Shown: positions 17,469 through 27,339, counted from the first letter of the stretch. The stretch is DNA of 32,000 nt from an archaeon (GCA_028279805.1 JANQMZ010000007.1:630001-662000), one strand, 5' to 3'. The notes: generated by a model from the letters alone, not told the origin. Translations and numbers: made by a program.

Positions 17469-18554
17469 ATGTTTTCATCCATAAATAATGCGGTTGAATC
17501 CATTCAAAAAACGGAGAATGCCAGAAAAAAGCTGATTTCCAAAATTCTGCCTTTAAAAAATCAAAAAATTTCAGGTTTTAAAGGAGAAATTTTTGAGGAA
17601 AAACTTGCATACCCGGTTGAAGCAACTGAATTAAATTATAATATTGCGGGCGTGGATTCAGGGTTTGTCGGAAAAAACTTGTTTTCATTGGACTTGTTTT
17701 TGGTCAGGTCTGCCGGTGTTATGTTTTCATATAAAAACAACAAACTTGTAAACGCAGCTTATTATCCTGGTTTTTTTTCTTTTCCAAATTTTGTTATAAC
17801 AGATTCTGTTGTTCGTGAAGAAGATTTTTCATGTTCAATGTCTTTGCACAGGTTGATGGAAGAAATATCTTTATCTAAAAGAATTATTCAAAAATTTAAA
17901 CCTGATTTTTTGTTTATTGACGGTTCAATTGTTCCCCAGCATATGGATAAGCCGCGTAAAGGTTCTAATATTAAAAATTTTTATTTTGAAATTATTGAAT
18001 TGTTTCAGGATTTGTATGAAACCGCTGAAAAAAATTCATGCCAGTTAATTGCATGCGTTGAAGATTCAAGAGGTTTAAGATTTAAATCAATTCTTGAAGA
18101 AATTTTGCAGAATTTTAATGGCAACACTCCAAAAGAACTTGAAAACACTTATGATGCAATTTTGCTTGACTATTTTTTAAAAGAATCTGAAAGAAGTTCC
18201 GCGTTTTCTTACACTTCGTCTGTACAGGAACATCCTGTATTAAAAGATTTTAATAAAAAATGGGCAGAACAAATTCATGTTTTTTATTTAAAGCCTTCAA
18301 ACTTTGACAGGCCTTTAAGAATTGAGTTTTTGCACAAAAAAGGCTCTTTAACAGAACAATCTCAAAAAATAGCATCCTTGGTTTATTCTTTATCATCTTT
18401 TCACAAAGAATATGCTTATCCCACTGTTTTAATTGAAGCTGATTTGAGGGCAAGACTGAAACCGGAGGAAATTAATATTGTGTATGACAAAATTTCCGAC
18501 AAACTGGGTTCAAGTTTTAATTTATTAATGAGAAGAGACAGGAGGCCTTTTTAA
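17469..18554 (+). CDS. nurA: NurA-domain 5'-3' nuclease
   Basis: IAGVDSGFVGK-like NIAGVDSGFVGKNLFSLDLF, FLFIDGSIVP, VACVEDSRG-like (IACVEDSRG). Directly overlaps herA. Confidence 0.88.
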   Translation: MFSSINNAVESIQKTENARKKLISKILPLKNQKISGFKGEIFEEKLAYPVEATELNYNIAGVDSGFVGKNLFSLDLFLVRSAGVMFSYKNNKLVNAAYYPGFFSFPNFVITDSVVREEDFSCSMSLHRLMEEISLSKRIIQKFKPDFLFIDGSIVPQHMDKPRKGSNIKNFYFEIIELFQDLYETAEKNSCQLIACVEDSRGLRFKSILEEILQNFNGNTPKELENTYDAILLDYFLKESERSSAFSYTSSVQEHPVLKDFNKKWAEQIHVFYLKPSNFDRPLRIEFLHKKGSLTEQSQKIASLVYSLSSFHKEYAYPTVLIEADLRARLKPEEINIVYDKISDKLGSSFNLLMRRDRRPF

Positions 18555-20098
18555 TGAAAGAAATTGAAAACATTTTGGGAACAGTTGTTTCAACTCAAAC
18601 AGGGCCAAGCCCTGAAGAAATAGAATTTGTTGTAACATCAGGCAATGCTCACAGAGGGCAGTTTGTTGAAATGGATTATAAAGAAGGAACATTGGTTGGA
18701 TTAATAACCAATGTAATCAAAACAAACAGGTATTTTGAGCGTGCTGAAAGTGTTAAAGAGTTTGAAGCAAAAGGAGCTGCATTATTTGAACAGTTTCCCA
18801 CACAAGAATGGGAGTATTTGGTCGGAAATGTGCGCCCTTTAGGCGTTTTTAACCAGAATCTGATTAAAAGAGTTTCTTTTCCTCCGTCCCCCGGAACAAA
18901 AGTCAGGCATGCTTCATCTGAAAATCTGAAAAAATTTTTTAAATTTGATGAACAAAAAGGAATGCATTTGGGGCAAATTGAACACCACGATTTAAATGTT
19001 AATTTAAATTTAACAAAATTAATTCAAAAACATTTGGCAATTTTAGCAATGTCAGGTGCAGGAAAATCTTACACTGTTTCGGTTTTATTTGAAGAATTGT
19101 TAAAAAGAAAAGAAGAACAGGGCAGAATTGGTTTGGTGGTTTTTGACCCTCACGGCGAATACAGTTCTTTTGCAATTCCCCCAAAAGACAAAAAAAGCAG
19201 AGATTTTAGCGATAAAACAAAAATTATAAAAGCTCAAAACATTCAGATTTCCGTTCCACGCCTTTCAGCCGGAAATTTTGGCGCAATGATTCCTTCAATG
19301 AGTTCCGCACAGCAAAGATATTTGTCAAGAATTTTAAGAAAGCTTTACAGTGAAATAAACCAGGGTTCAGGTCCGTATGATTTAAACAAAGTTATTCAAA
19401 CAATTGCCCAGGATTCAACTATGAAAAAAAATGTAAGAGATGCATTATATGATAAGTTAAGCGAGTTAAACAATTTGGGAATTTTTTCAGAAATAGACAA
19501 TCCTACAATTGATGAAATGGTTAAACCGGGTCAATTAACAATAGTTGACATGTCTGACATTGTTAATATTAAAAAAAAGCAGATTATAATTAATTATTTT
19601 TCTCAAAAACTTTTCAATGAAAGGAGAAAAAAAACAATTCCTCCTTTTTTAATGGTTTTAGAAGAAGCTCATCAGTTTGTTCCGGAACATGCTCCGAAAG
19701 AAACAGCTTTGTGTAAAAGTGTTATCAGAAAAATTGCAAGAGAGGGAAGAAAGTTTGGCGCAGCATTATGTTTAATTTCACAAAGGCCGGTGCATCTGGA
19801 TACAACATCTTTATCCCAATGCAACACCCAGATAATTTTAAGAGTTACAAATCCGAATGATTTGAAACATATTGGGGAGAGTTCTGAGGGCATTGATTCA
19901 AGGTCTTTGAACATGATTACATCCTTGCAAGTCGGAGAAGCTTTAATGGTAGGAGAAGCTGTGTCCTATCCTATGTTTTTCAAAATACGCAAAAGAGAAT
20001 CTTTGCCATCAGTTCATGAAGTTCCGCTTGAACAGGCAGCCATTGATTTTGAAAAAAACAGCCAAAAAGAGACAGAAGAAACACTTCAATTCCTTTAA
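18554..20098 (+). CDS. herA: HerA helicase/translocase (FtsK-HerA ATPase)
   Basis: LAMSGAGKSYTVSVLFEELL, GLVVFDPHGEYSS, FLMVLEEAHQFVP, REGRKFGAALCLISQRP. TAATG overlap with nurA. Confidence 0.95.
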   Translation: MKEIENILGTVVSTQTGPSPEEIEFVVTSGNAHRGQFVEMDYKEGTLVGLITNVIKTNRYFERAESVKEFEAKGAALFEQFPTQEWEYLVGNVRPLGVFNQNLIKRVSFPPSPGTKVRHASSENLKKFFKFDEQKGMHLGQIEHHDLNVNLNLTKLIQKHLAILAMSGAGKSYTVSVLFEELLKRKEEQGRIGLVVFDPHGEYSSFAIPPKDKKSRDFSDKTKIIKAQNIQISVPRLSAGNFGAMIPSMSSAQQRYLSRILRKLYSEINQGSGPYDLNKVIQTIAQDSTMKKNVRDALYDKLSELNNLGIFSEIDNPTIDEMVKPGQLTIVDMSDIVNIKKKQIIINYFSQKLFNERRKKTIPPFLMVLEEAHQFVPEHAPKETALCKSVIRKIAREGRKFGAALCLISQRPVHLDTTSLSQCNTQIILRVTNPNDLKHIGESSEGIDSRSLNMITSLQVGEALMVGEAVSYPMFFKIRKRESLPSVHEVPLEQAAIDFEKNSQKETEETLQFL

Positions 20099-20171
20099 CT
20101 TCAAAAAAGTTTCATTTTTATTCTTTTGCCTTCACAATATCTTTTTAACCCATTTTTTTGGTGTTTTTTTA

Positions 20172-20372
20172 ATGGTTCATCTGACTAGATTTGAAAGAAC
20201 AAGGCTTATCAGTGCCAGGGCTCTCCAGATTTCAGCCGGCGCGCCGCCCTTGATTAAAGTTTCAAAAAATATTGATTCCTATACTCTGGCAAAAAAAGAA
20301 TTTGGAAAAGAAATTCTGCCTTTAACTGTTTTGAGGAAGCTTCCAAGCGGAGAAGTTTTAAAGGTTCAATGA
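20172..20372 (+). CDS. rpoK: DNA-directed RNA polymerase subunit K (Rpo6/RpoK)
   Basis: MVHLTRFERTRLISARALQISAGAPPLI. The ATG at 20172 removes a spurious 52-aa extension in the ORF track. Confidence 0.95.
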   Translation: MVHLTRFERTRLISARALQISAGAPPLIKVSKNIDSYTLAKKEFGKEILPLTVLRKLPSGEVLKVQ

Positions 20373-20384
20373 CCGGTGATTTTT

Positions 20385-20585
20385 TTGGGCAAAGCTATTC
20401 CTAAACTTGTTAAAACCCGGGGAAAACAACTGGTTGAACAGTTTCCTGAAAAATTCGGAACGGTTTATGAAGAAAACAAGCAGGAATTAATGAAAATGGG
20501 GTTTCCTTTTTCAAAAGTTGATTTGCATTTAATAGCTGCTTATATTACAAGGCTTGTTAAAAAACAAAAAGTTTCAGCTGTTTAA
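20385..20585 (+). CDS. rps17e: Ribosomal protein S17e
   Basis: (M)GKAIPKLVKTRGKQLVEQFPEKFGTVYEENKQELMK...LIAAYITRLVKKQK matches the S17e layout (I..YITRL). TTG start after GGTGAT. Confidence 0.85.
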   Translation: MGKAIPKLVKTRGKQLVEQFPEKFGTVYEENKQELMKMGFPFSKVDLHLIAAYITRLVKKQKVSAV

Positions 20586-22646
20586 ATTAACAGGTTTTGT
20601 TGTTCCCTCATCATTTTTTTCTCTTTTCATTTTATACAGGCTTGCAGATGAAGCTGATTCCAATTCTTTGTCATGTGTTATTAAAAAAACCTGGTCAACT
20701 ATTTTTGGAAGTTTTTCTCTTAACATTTCTGAAAGTTTTTTCACAGTATAAGAATCCAGGTTATGGGTTGGCTCGTCTAATATTAGCCATCCGATGTTTC
20801 TTGCCAGTACAAGTGAAAAAGCAATTCTTATTGCAATTGCAACAGCGCTTCTTTCTCCTCCAGACAAAACTCCTTCAATTTTAATCCATTCTCCTTTCAT
20901 ATTCTTAACTTTCATTTCATAGCTTCCTTCAACTATTTCTATTTTAGCGCTTGAAAAATCTTTATACGGGTAAACAAGTTTCCATATTTCATCCAGTGCC
21001 TGATTTGTTGTTTCAATCATTTGCGCTCTTAACTCGGATTGAACCTGTTTTAAGGCATTTACAAATATTGATAAATCTTCATGGTTTTTGTTAAAAAATT
21101 TCAAATCTTTTGCCTCTTCTTCTAATTGTTTTTGCTCTGATTTCATTATTTCAATTTTTTCTTTTATTTCTTTTTCAATTTCTTTTTTTAATTCAATATC
21201 TTTTTTTAAAGAATTTACCTGTTCTTTTTCCCTTTCAAACAATTTTGACAGGTTTTTTTCTTTTTCTTCATCAAATTCAAGCATTTTTAACTCTTTTTCT
21301 ATCCGCGTAAATTCTTTTTCTTCAGTGTTTAAGTTTTTTTTCAATTCTTTTATTTCTTTTTCTTTTTCAGCTGTTTTTTGAAACAAATTTTCTTGCTCAT
21401 TTAATTCTTTTTCAAGTTTTTCTTCTTCTGTTTCTAATTCTTCAAAAAATTCTTCATTTTTTTCAGCATTTATTTTTTCTTTTTTTGAAAATTCATTCAG
21501 TTCTTTAATTTTTTCAGAAATTGTTTCAACTTTTTCATTTTTTTGTGTTAAAATTTTTTTTCTTTTCACAGAATCAAGAGGCGATTCACAGACTGAACAC
21601 GTATGTTTTGCTTTGTTTAAATGTTTTAAAAATTCTTTTTCCTGTTTTGCAATTGTTTCATTTAAAACAATTTGCTTTTCCAATCCGATAACTTTTTTCT
21701 CAGACTCTTTAACCTTTTTTTGAACACTTTTTTTTTCTTTTAAAATTGTTTCAATTTTTTGATTAATTTTTTTTTGCTCTTTTTCCAAATTTTTTTCTTT
21801 CAATTCTTCAATTTCTTTTTGCATTGTTTTTATTTGCTTTTCTAACTGTTCTAAAACAGCTTTTTTTGCTGTTTTCATGTTTTTAAGTTTTTTGAATTTT
21901 TCTCCTTTTTCTGTTAATTGTGTTAATTCTTTTTCTGTTTTTGAAACATTTGCTTTTTTTTCTTCAACCTGTTTTGCAATTTCTTTTATGCTTTTTTCTG
22001 TTTTTTCAAGCCTTTCAATTGTTTCAATTATTTCTTTTTGATTTATTCTTTTTTCCAGGTCTTTTACAAATTTTTCTTTTTCTTCTGTTAATTTTTTTAA
22101 CACGTTTTTAACCGCAACTCCGTGTGAACGGGCTTTTTCATATTTTCCCAGGTCAAGCAATTCGTCAAATTTGTCTTTTCTTTGCATTGGGCTTAGTTTT
22201 AAAAAAAAATCAATCTGGTTTTGTTCTGAGTATACCGCTCTGGAAAAAAGTTCATAATTTAATTCAATTTCTTTTTCCAGCCTTTCGGTTACCTGGGTTA
22301 CTTGAGGGCCTGCTATTAATTTTTCTTTTTTGTATAATTTTGCCTGGTTTGTTTTTCCGTCTGAAAAAACCGTTCTTTCAATTTTATAATCATTGTTATT
22401 GTATTCAAAATCAAGTTCAACTTTTGCAAAATCCATTTGTGAGGGTTTTTGCATTATTATATTGTTTGATTTTGCTTCTCTTCTCTGAAGTTCGGGGAAT
22501 GTGCCGTATAATGCGTAACATATTCCATTCATCACACTTGTTTTTCCTGAACCCATTTTTCCGACAAGCACGTTTGTGCCTTTTTTGAATTCCAGTTCCG
22601 AATTTTTATGGGTTTTCCAGTTAACAAGTTTTATTTTTTTTATCAT
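20574..22646 (-). CDS. rad50: Rad50 SMC-like ATPase (short coiled coil)
   Basis: IKLVNWKTHKNSELEFKKGTNVLVGKMGSGKTSVMNGICYALYG, zinc hook HTCSVCESPL, LSGGERSAVAIAIRIAFSLVLARNIGWLILDEPTHNLD. Confidence 0.96.
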   Translation of the reverse strand: MIKKIKLVNWKTHKNSELEFKKGTNVLVGKMGSGKTSVMNGICYALYGTFPELQRREAKSNNIIMQKPSQMDFAKVELDFEYNNNDYKIERTVFSDGKTNQAKLYKKEKLIAGPQVTQVTERLEKEIELNYELFSRAVYSEQNQIDFFLKLSPMQRKDKFDELLDLGKYEKARSHGVAVKNVLKKLTEEKEKFVKDLEKRINQKEIIETIERLEKTEKSIKEIAKQVEEKKANVSKTEKELTQLTEKGEKFKKLKNMKTAKKAVLEQLEKQIKTMQKEIEELKEKNLEKEQKKINQKIETILKEKKSVQKKVKESEKKVIGLEKQIVLNETIAKQEKEFLKHLNKAKHTCSVCESPLDSVKRKKILTQKNEKVETISEKIKELNEFSKKEKINAEKNEEFFEELETEEEKLEKELNEQENLFQKTAEKEKEIKELKKNLNTEEKEFTRIEKELKMLEFDEEKEKNLSKLFEREKEQVNSLKKDIELKKEIEKEIKEKIEIMKSEQKQLEEEAKDLKFFNKNHEDLSIFVNALKQVQSELRAQMIETTNQALDEIWKLVYPYKDFSSAKIEIVEGSYEMKVKNMKGEWIKIEGVLSGGERSAVAIAIRIAFSLVLARNIGWLILDEPTHNLDSYTVKKLSEMLREKLPKIVDQVFLITHDKELESASSASLYKMKREKNDEGTTKPVNLNS

Positions 22647-22688
22647 ATGAAAAAATTTGTTTAAAAAAATGATTAAAAGGTTTTAGAA

Positions 22689-22949
22689 TCAGAGCAAAGT
22701 GCTTGCTTCGACTTCAAACTGGCTTACTCCGTCAATGTTTTGAAGTTCTTGTTCCAGTTTGTCCATATTTCCCGCTTCTTTTTCGGGCAAGGCAACAGCT
22801 ATTCTGAAAACATTTAAACCAAAGGCAAGAGGTTCTTTTTTTATTTCCCTCAATTCCCCTGTTTTTAATTCTTTTAATTTTTTTTCAACTTCTTCCTGTT
22901 TTTCCACGTCATCCGGAAAAACTTTTATTATTACAAGAGTTTTGCCCAT
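22689..22949 (-). CDS. ef1b: Elongation factor 1-beta (aEF1B)
   Basis: VIIKVFPDDVE...EIKKEPLAFGLNVFRIAVALPEKEAG...LEQELQNIDGVSQFEV. Confidence 0.93.
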   Translation of the reverse strand: MGKTLVIIKVFPDDVEKQEEVEKKLKELKTGELREIKKEPLAFGLNVFRIAVALPEKEAGNMDKLEQELQNIDGVSQFEVEASTLL

Positions 22950-22958
22950 TTTTTCACC

Positions 22959-23114
22959 TTAAGGCCCTGTAAAACCGCATTCTTTGCATGCGTATTGTTT
23001 TCCTGTTTCTTTGCAGTCAAGGCATCTTATTATTTTTGTTTTTTTACAATCAGGGCACTGGAATTCAATAAAATTGTTTGTAACTTCCTGGTTGCACGTA
23101 TCACATTTTTTCAT
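22959..23114 (-). CDS. 51-aa double zinc-ribbon RNA-binding protein (absent from ORF track)
   Basis: MKKCDTCNQEVTNNFIEFQCPDCKKTKIIRCLDCKETGKQYACKECGFTGP*: four CxxC pairs and GFTGP terminus typical of the small archaeal Zn-ribbon family next to EF-1beta. Confidence 0.92.
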   Translation of the reverse strand: MKKCDTCNQEVTNNFIEFQCPDCKKTKIIRCLDCKETGKQYACKECGFTGP

Positions 23115-23206
23115 CAAAAATCACTTAAAAAGCCTGTTTAACTAATTCTATTGAACAACTTTTTTAAACCAAACGCTAAAAAGCTTTGGTTTTCAATTAA
23201 TCTTAA

Positions 23207-23278
23207 GGCCCTATAGCTTAATGGATAGAGCTTCCGGTTTCGGCCCGGATGATGGGGGTTCGATTCCCTCTAGGGCCT
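23207..23278 (+). tRNA. tRNA-Arg(UCG)
   Basis: GGCCCTA...TAGGGCC acceptor, TCCGG-TTTCGGC-CCGGA anticodon arm (TCG), T loop TTCGATT. Confidence 0.95.
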
Positions 23279-23281
23279 TTT

Positions 23282-24631
23282 TTATTCAAAAAATTCTTTT
23301 TTTGCTTTTAAAAATCTGGAAAAAAATCTTGCAAATTCAATGTCTTTTTTGAACATTTTTTTCAATTGTTTTTTTTCCAAAACTTTTCCTTTTTTCAAAA
23401 CATTTTTTAACGGCTTTCTTTCCTTCCTTGATTCCGTTTCAAAAAAGTTTTTTAAAAAAGTTTTAGCCTGCCAAAACTTTCTTTTTCTTTCTCCGACCCA
23501 TTTTCCTTTTTCAATCCACGGCCCGGATACAAATTTTTTTCCTTTTTTAAACGCTTCTGAATGTTTTTTTTGAGTTATTTTGGGGCCGAAATGTTTTTTC
23601 ACTTTTTCCAATTCCAATGCGGTTAATTCAAAAACAAAAATTATTGTTTTCTGTTCATCTGTCCAGACATCAAAATAATTTGTTTCAAAATCGTTTAATT
23701 TAATCTGTTTTGCTGTTTTTTTTGAAAATCTTTTAATTTGCCCGTAAATAATATCTGTTAATGCTTTTTTTGGATATGAAATTTTCACGCCCAAAACATT
23801 TTTTAATTTTAAAAATTTGTTTAACTGTTTTAATGTTAAAGGTTTTCTTTTTTCCCTGAAGAAAAATTTTTCACTTGGTTTTTCCAGAAAAGCGTTTGCT
23901 GCCGCAATAATCCTGTTAAACTGGTGAAAACTTAAAGCAGCTGCCACGTTCCTGTTTTCATCTGTAGGATCTATTACAATTAAATGATGTGAAAATTTTT
24001 TTCCTTTTTTTGAATTAAATTTTATTATTTTTTCTTTTTTCCATTTTGAAATTTGTTTAATTGTTTTGTTAAAAGAACCGTATTTTATTATCAACAATTC
24101 TGTCAAATAACCCGGCACGGAATTAAATTTTAATTTGGCTCCGTAAGCGTCAATTCCTTTCAAAAAAGCTTTTAATAATCTTGTTTCATCTTTGTGTTTT
24201 GTTTTTTGATGTTTTTTCAGCCAAGCGTGATGCAAAGGGCTTCTGTCCACCGCCGATAATCTTTCAGAGGATTTTTTTACAACGTATCCCGGAACCACAT
24301 CAACTTCAAATCCTTTAAATGTTCCCCGGATGTATGGGTGTTCTGAAAATTTTTTTTCCCAGCTTCCTTTTTGAAAAACTTTTTTTCCGGCATTTAATCC
24401 TTCTTTTTCAAACTGTTTTCTTGAAATATTTAAAGGATATAAAACAAAGATATCAATGTCTTTATCTCCTTTCAGATGAGTGTTTCTTGCACTTGAACCA
24501 AGCCATTCTGCTTTGATGTGGCTGCCCGGCATTTGTTTTATTTTGGTGATGACTTCTTTTGCTGTTTTTTTTTCTGCTTCCAATTCTGTTTTTGTCGGCT
24601 TGATTTTTTTTAAAACTTTTTCCAAAAGCAT
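23282..24631 (-). CDS. cca: Archaeal CCA-adding enzyme (tRNA nucleotidyltransferase)
   Basis: LGSSARNTHLKGDKDIDIFVLYP and FKGFEVDVVPGYVV. Confidence 0.95.
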   Translation of the reverse strand: MLLEKVLKKIKPTKTELEAEKKTAKEVITKIKQMPGSHIKAEWLGSSARNTHLKGDKDIDIFVLYPLNISRKQFEKEGLNAGKKVFQKGSWEKKFSEHPYIRGTFKGFEVDVVPGYVVKKSSERLSAVDRSPLHHAWLKKHQKTKHKDETRLLKAFLKGIDAYGAKLKFNSVPGYLTELLIIKYGSFNKTIKQISKWKKEKIIKFNSKKGKKFSHHLIVIDPTDENRNVAAALSFHQFNRIIAAANAFLEKPSEKFFFREKRKPLTLKQLNKFLKLKNVLGVKISYPKKALTDIIYGQIKRFSKKTAKQIKLNDFETNYFDVWTDEQKTIIFVFELTALELEKVKKHFGPKITQKKHSEAFKKGKKFVSGPWIEKGKWVGERKRKFWQAKTFLKNFFETESRKERKPLKNVLKKGKVLEKKQLKKMFKKDIEFARFFSRFLKAKKEFFE

Positions 24632-24693
24632 AAGCGCACCAAAAGAGGAATATATTAAATATAGCCTTTGTTTTTATATCTTGAGGGTTTTGA

Positions 24694-26253
24694 GTGGCTG
24701 AAAAAATAGAGGAAGAGAAAGGAGAATTAATAGATTCTTCGGCAGAAAAAGAGATTTTTTCAGGCTTTCCTTATTCTTTTTATCACATAATACAACCGAC
24801 TTTCAGTGAAAAAGAAAAAATTTTGTCAAAACTTCTTGCAGATGCAATTAACAGAAAAACATCTTTCACGGACTTGGAAGCAAAAATTGAAACAAAAAAG
24901 AAAAAAAGTTTTATTGAAGAATTTAATCAGAAAATTATTCAGGAAATTGAATCAAAGGAATTGTTAACGGTTATTCCTACAACTGAACAGGCAGATTCGG
25001 TTAAAGAACAGTTGTCTGAATTGATTTCAGAATTTTTTTCATTTGCATCAGAACCAAAACTTTTGGCTCAAAAAATTGCAGACAACTCAATTGGTTATTA
25101 TTCTTTGTCACCTTTAATGCGTGACTCTGATCTGGAAGAAATAATGGTGAACGGCTTTGACAGGCATGTTTTTGTTTTTCATAAAAAACATGGAATGTGC
25201 AAAACAAATATTGAGATTCCAAAAGACGGTTTTATTAATGAATTAATTAAAAGAATTTCACGCGTTGCCGGAAAAACTTTTAATGAAGAACATCCTTTGC
25301 TTGATGCAAGACTTCCTGACGGTTCAAGGGCAAATGCAAGTTTTTTAACAGTAACTCCTTTCGGGCATTCTCTTACAATAAGAAAATTTACACAAATTCC
25401 TCTGTCAATTGTTGACTTGATTTCAAACGGAACAATTTCATCAGAATTGGCTTCTTTTTTATGGTTGTGTGTTGACGGAATAAATGTTGAACCTATGAAT
25501 ATTATTGTTACAGGAGGCTCCAGTTCAGGCAAAACAACTTTGATGAATATTTTAAGCAATTTTATACGTTATGACAAGCGCATTATCACAATTGAGGACA
25601 CTTTAGAATTAAATCTGGGTTCAAGGGAAAACTGGATTCAGCTTGAAGCACGCCCCGCGATTCATGAATCAAAGCCTGTTACAATGAATGATTTGCTTAA
25701 AAATTCTTTAAGAATGCGTCCTGACCGTGTTTTGGTTGGAGAAGTGCGGGGAGAAGAAGCCCAGACATTGTTTGTGGCAATGGACACTGGCCATAAAGGC
25801 ATTCTTGGCACAATGCATTCAAACAATTCCAGGGAAATGACCCTGCGTTTTAAGAATGCTCCCATGAATGTTCCGGAAGCAATGCTGCCCTTACTTGATA
25901 TTGCGGTTGTAATGTTCAGAACTTTTGACAAAGAAAAAGGAATTGTAAGGCGTGTTAAGGAAGTTGCAGAAATAAGCAGAATGGATGACAAGGTTTTGCT
26001 GAGCAATATTTTTGAATGGAGCCCCAAAACTGATAAAATTCAGAGAACAGATGTTCCGTCAGCAACATTGGATGACCTGGCCCAGAAAATAAATCTTTCA
26101 AAAAAAGAGTTAATGAATGAAATGCTTGTAAGGCAAAGAATTCTTGAATGGATGCTTGAAAGCAATATTCGTTCAAATCCTGAGGTTGAAAAAATAATTC
26201 AAAAATATTATTCAAACCCGTCCGAGTTGCTTAAAGAAGTTTCAAACTTTTAA
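24694..26253 (+). CDS. Type II/IV secretion system ATPase (TadA/GspE-like)
   Basis: IMVNGFDRHVFVFHKKHGM, IIVTGGSSSGKTTLMN, IITIEDTLEL, RPDRVLVGEVRGEEA, GTMHSN. Confidence 0.95.
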   Translation: MAEKIEEEKGELIDSSAEKEIFSGFPYSFYHIIQPTFSEKEKILSKLLADAINRKTSFTDLEAKIETKKKKSFIEEFNQKIIQEIESKELLTVIPTTEQADSVKEQLSELISEFFSFASEPKLLAQKIADNSIGYYSLSPLMRDSDLEEIMVNGFDRHVFVFHKKHGMCKTNIEIPKDGFINELIKRISRVAGKTFNEEHPLLDARLPDGSRANASFLTVTPFGHSLTIRKFTQIPLSIVDLISNGTISSELASFLWLCVDGINVEPMNIIVTGGSSSGKTTLMNILSNFIRYDKRIITIEDTLELNLGSRENWIQLEARPAIHESKPVTMNDLLKNSLRMRPDRVLVGEVRGEEAQTLFVAMDTGHKGILGTMHSNNSREMTLRFKNAPMNVPEAMLPLLDIAVVMFRTFDKEKGIVRRVKEVAEISRMDDKVLLSNIFEWSPKTDKIQRTDVPSATLDDLAQKINLSKKELMNEMLVRQRILEWMLESNIRSNPEVEKIIQKYYSNPSELLKEVSNF

Positions 26254-26752
26254 TAACAGAATATCCCGGGCCGGAATTTTTTAACTTTGATTCCATTAAA
26301 TCAATTTTTTCAGCTGAAAAACTTTCATTAAACTCAATTTTATTCAGTTCATCAACAAGTAAATAAAATTTTTTACCGTTAAAAAACTTGTTTCTGGCAA
26401 GAGTAAGGTGGCCGGAAAACCTTTCATTTTTGTTTTTTAATAAAATATTTATTTTTTCATTCAGTTTTTTTAAATCAGTTTTTCCTTTTTCCACACCCAA
26501 CCATAAAACGTTTGTTTTAAAGTTTCCTATTTTTTTAAAACTTATTTTTATTTTTTTTTGGTTAAGAAAAGAAAGTTGTCCAAGAATTTGTGTAATTTCT
26601 TCGTGGTTTTTTTCTCCTAAAAATTTTAATGTCAGATGCAGGTTTTCCTTTTTAACAATTTTCAGTTTTTTTGGAATTTTTTTGCTGAACGTTTCAAAAA
26701 TTTTTTCTTTGAGGGATTCAGGAATGTTTATTGCCAGAAAAACCCTTTTCAT
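26231..26752 (-). CDS. thpR: RNA 2',3'-cyclic phosphodiesterase ThpR (LigT, 2H family)
   Basis: MKRVFLAINIPESLKEKI and the two HxTx motifs HLTLKFLG and HLTLARNKF. Confidence 0.95.
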   Translation of the reverse strand: MKRVFLAINIPESLKEKIFETFSKKIPKKLKIVKKENLHLTLKFLGEKNHEEITQILGQLSFLNQKKIKISFKKIGNFKTNVLWLGVEKGKTDLKKLNEKINILLKNKNERFSGHLTLARNKFFNGKKFYLLVDELNKIEFNESFSAEKIDLMESKLKNSGPGYSVIKSLKLL

Positions 26753-27339
26753 TTTAATTCCTCTTTCATTATTTTTTCAAGTTTTTCCAGTCTCAAATAA
26801 TTGCTTTTAAGCTTCTCATTTGCCCTTTTTAAGGCATTTTTCATAAATTTTTTTTCAACAAGAATTTTTTCATTTTTTTTAACCGGAAAACTCATTTCCT
26901 GTGTTCCTTGAAATTCGATTAAAATTTTGTCATCGGAAACAACAATCATGCCTCCTCTTTTTATTCCGGCTTTTTTCATTATTGTTAAAATTTTTTGGGC
27001 ATTCTCCAGCGTTTTGCAGCCAATGTGCAGAATAAACGGTTCCAGTTTAAACCATAATTCTCCGATGCTTTTTTCTTTGAGTCCCTGCCATAATTCCTCA
27101 AACTTAACTTTGCGATGCCATTTTTTGTGAAAATAAGCTTCTTTTTTTCTGTCTCCTTTTGGCAGTCCAAGAATCAAAATTCTTCCGCTGCAGCATGAAC
27201 TTGTAAAAAAGTTTTTTGTTCCGGCAATAAACTCGCATAATGGCTTGAATGCTGTATCAATTTTTTTTTCTTTAATTGCTTTTTGAAGACTTTTTTTATG
27301 CTTTTCTTTAATTTTTTCAAATTTTGAGTCAGTTTCCAT
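26749..27339 (-). CDS. taw3: tRNA wybutosine-synthesis methyltransferase Taw3/TYW3 family
   Basis: NFFTSSCCSGRILIL, WFKLEPFILHIGCKTLENAQKIL and AGIKRGGMIVV. Confidence 0.92.
   Translation of the reverse strand: METDSKFEKIKEKHKKSLQKAIKEKKIDTAFKPLCEFIAGTKNFFTSSCCSGRILILGLPKGDRKKEAYFHKKWHRKVKFEELWQGLKEKSIGELWFKLEPFILHIGCKTLENAQKILTIMKKAGIKRGGMIVVSDDKILIEFQGTQEMSFPVKKNEKILVEKKFMKNALKRANEKLKSNYLRLEKLEKIMKEELK

Noticed and set aside
20016-20171. N-terminal extension MKFRLNRQPLILKK... of RpoK
   Set aside because: Overlaps the HerA 3' end out of frame; the true RpoK start is the ATG at 20172, matching family N-termini.
20597-22588. Several + strand ORFs (20597..20884, 21088..21381, 21110..21310, 21920..22111, 22124..22588)
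   Set aside because: Antisense shadows of the Lys/Glu-rich Rad50 coiled coil; they translate to Phe/Leu-rich low-complexity sequence.
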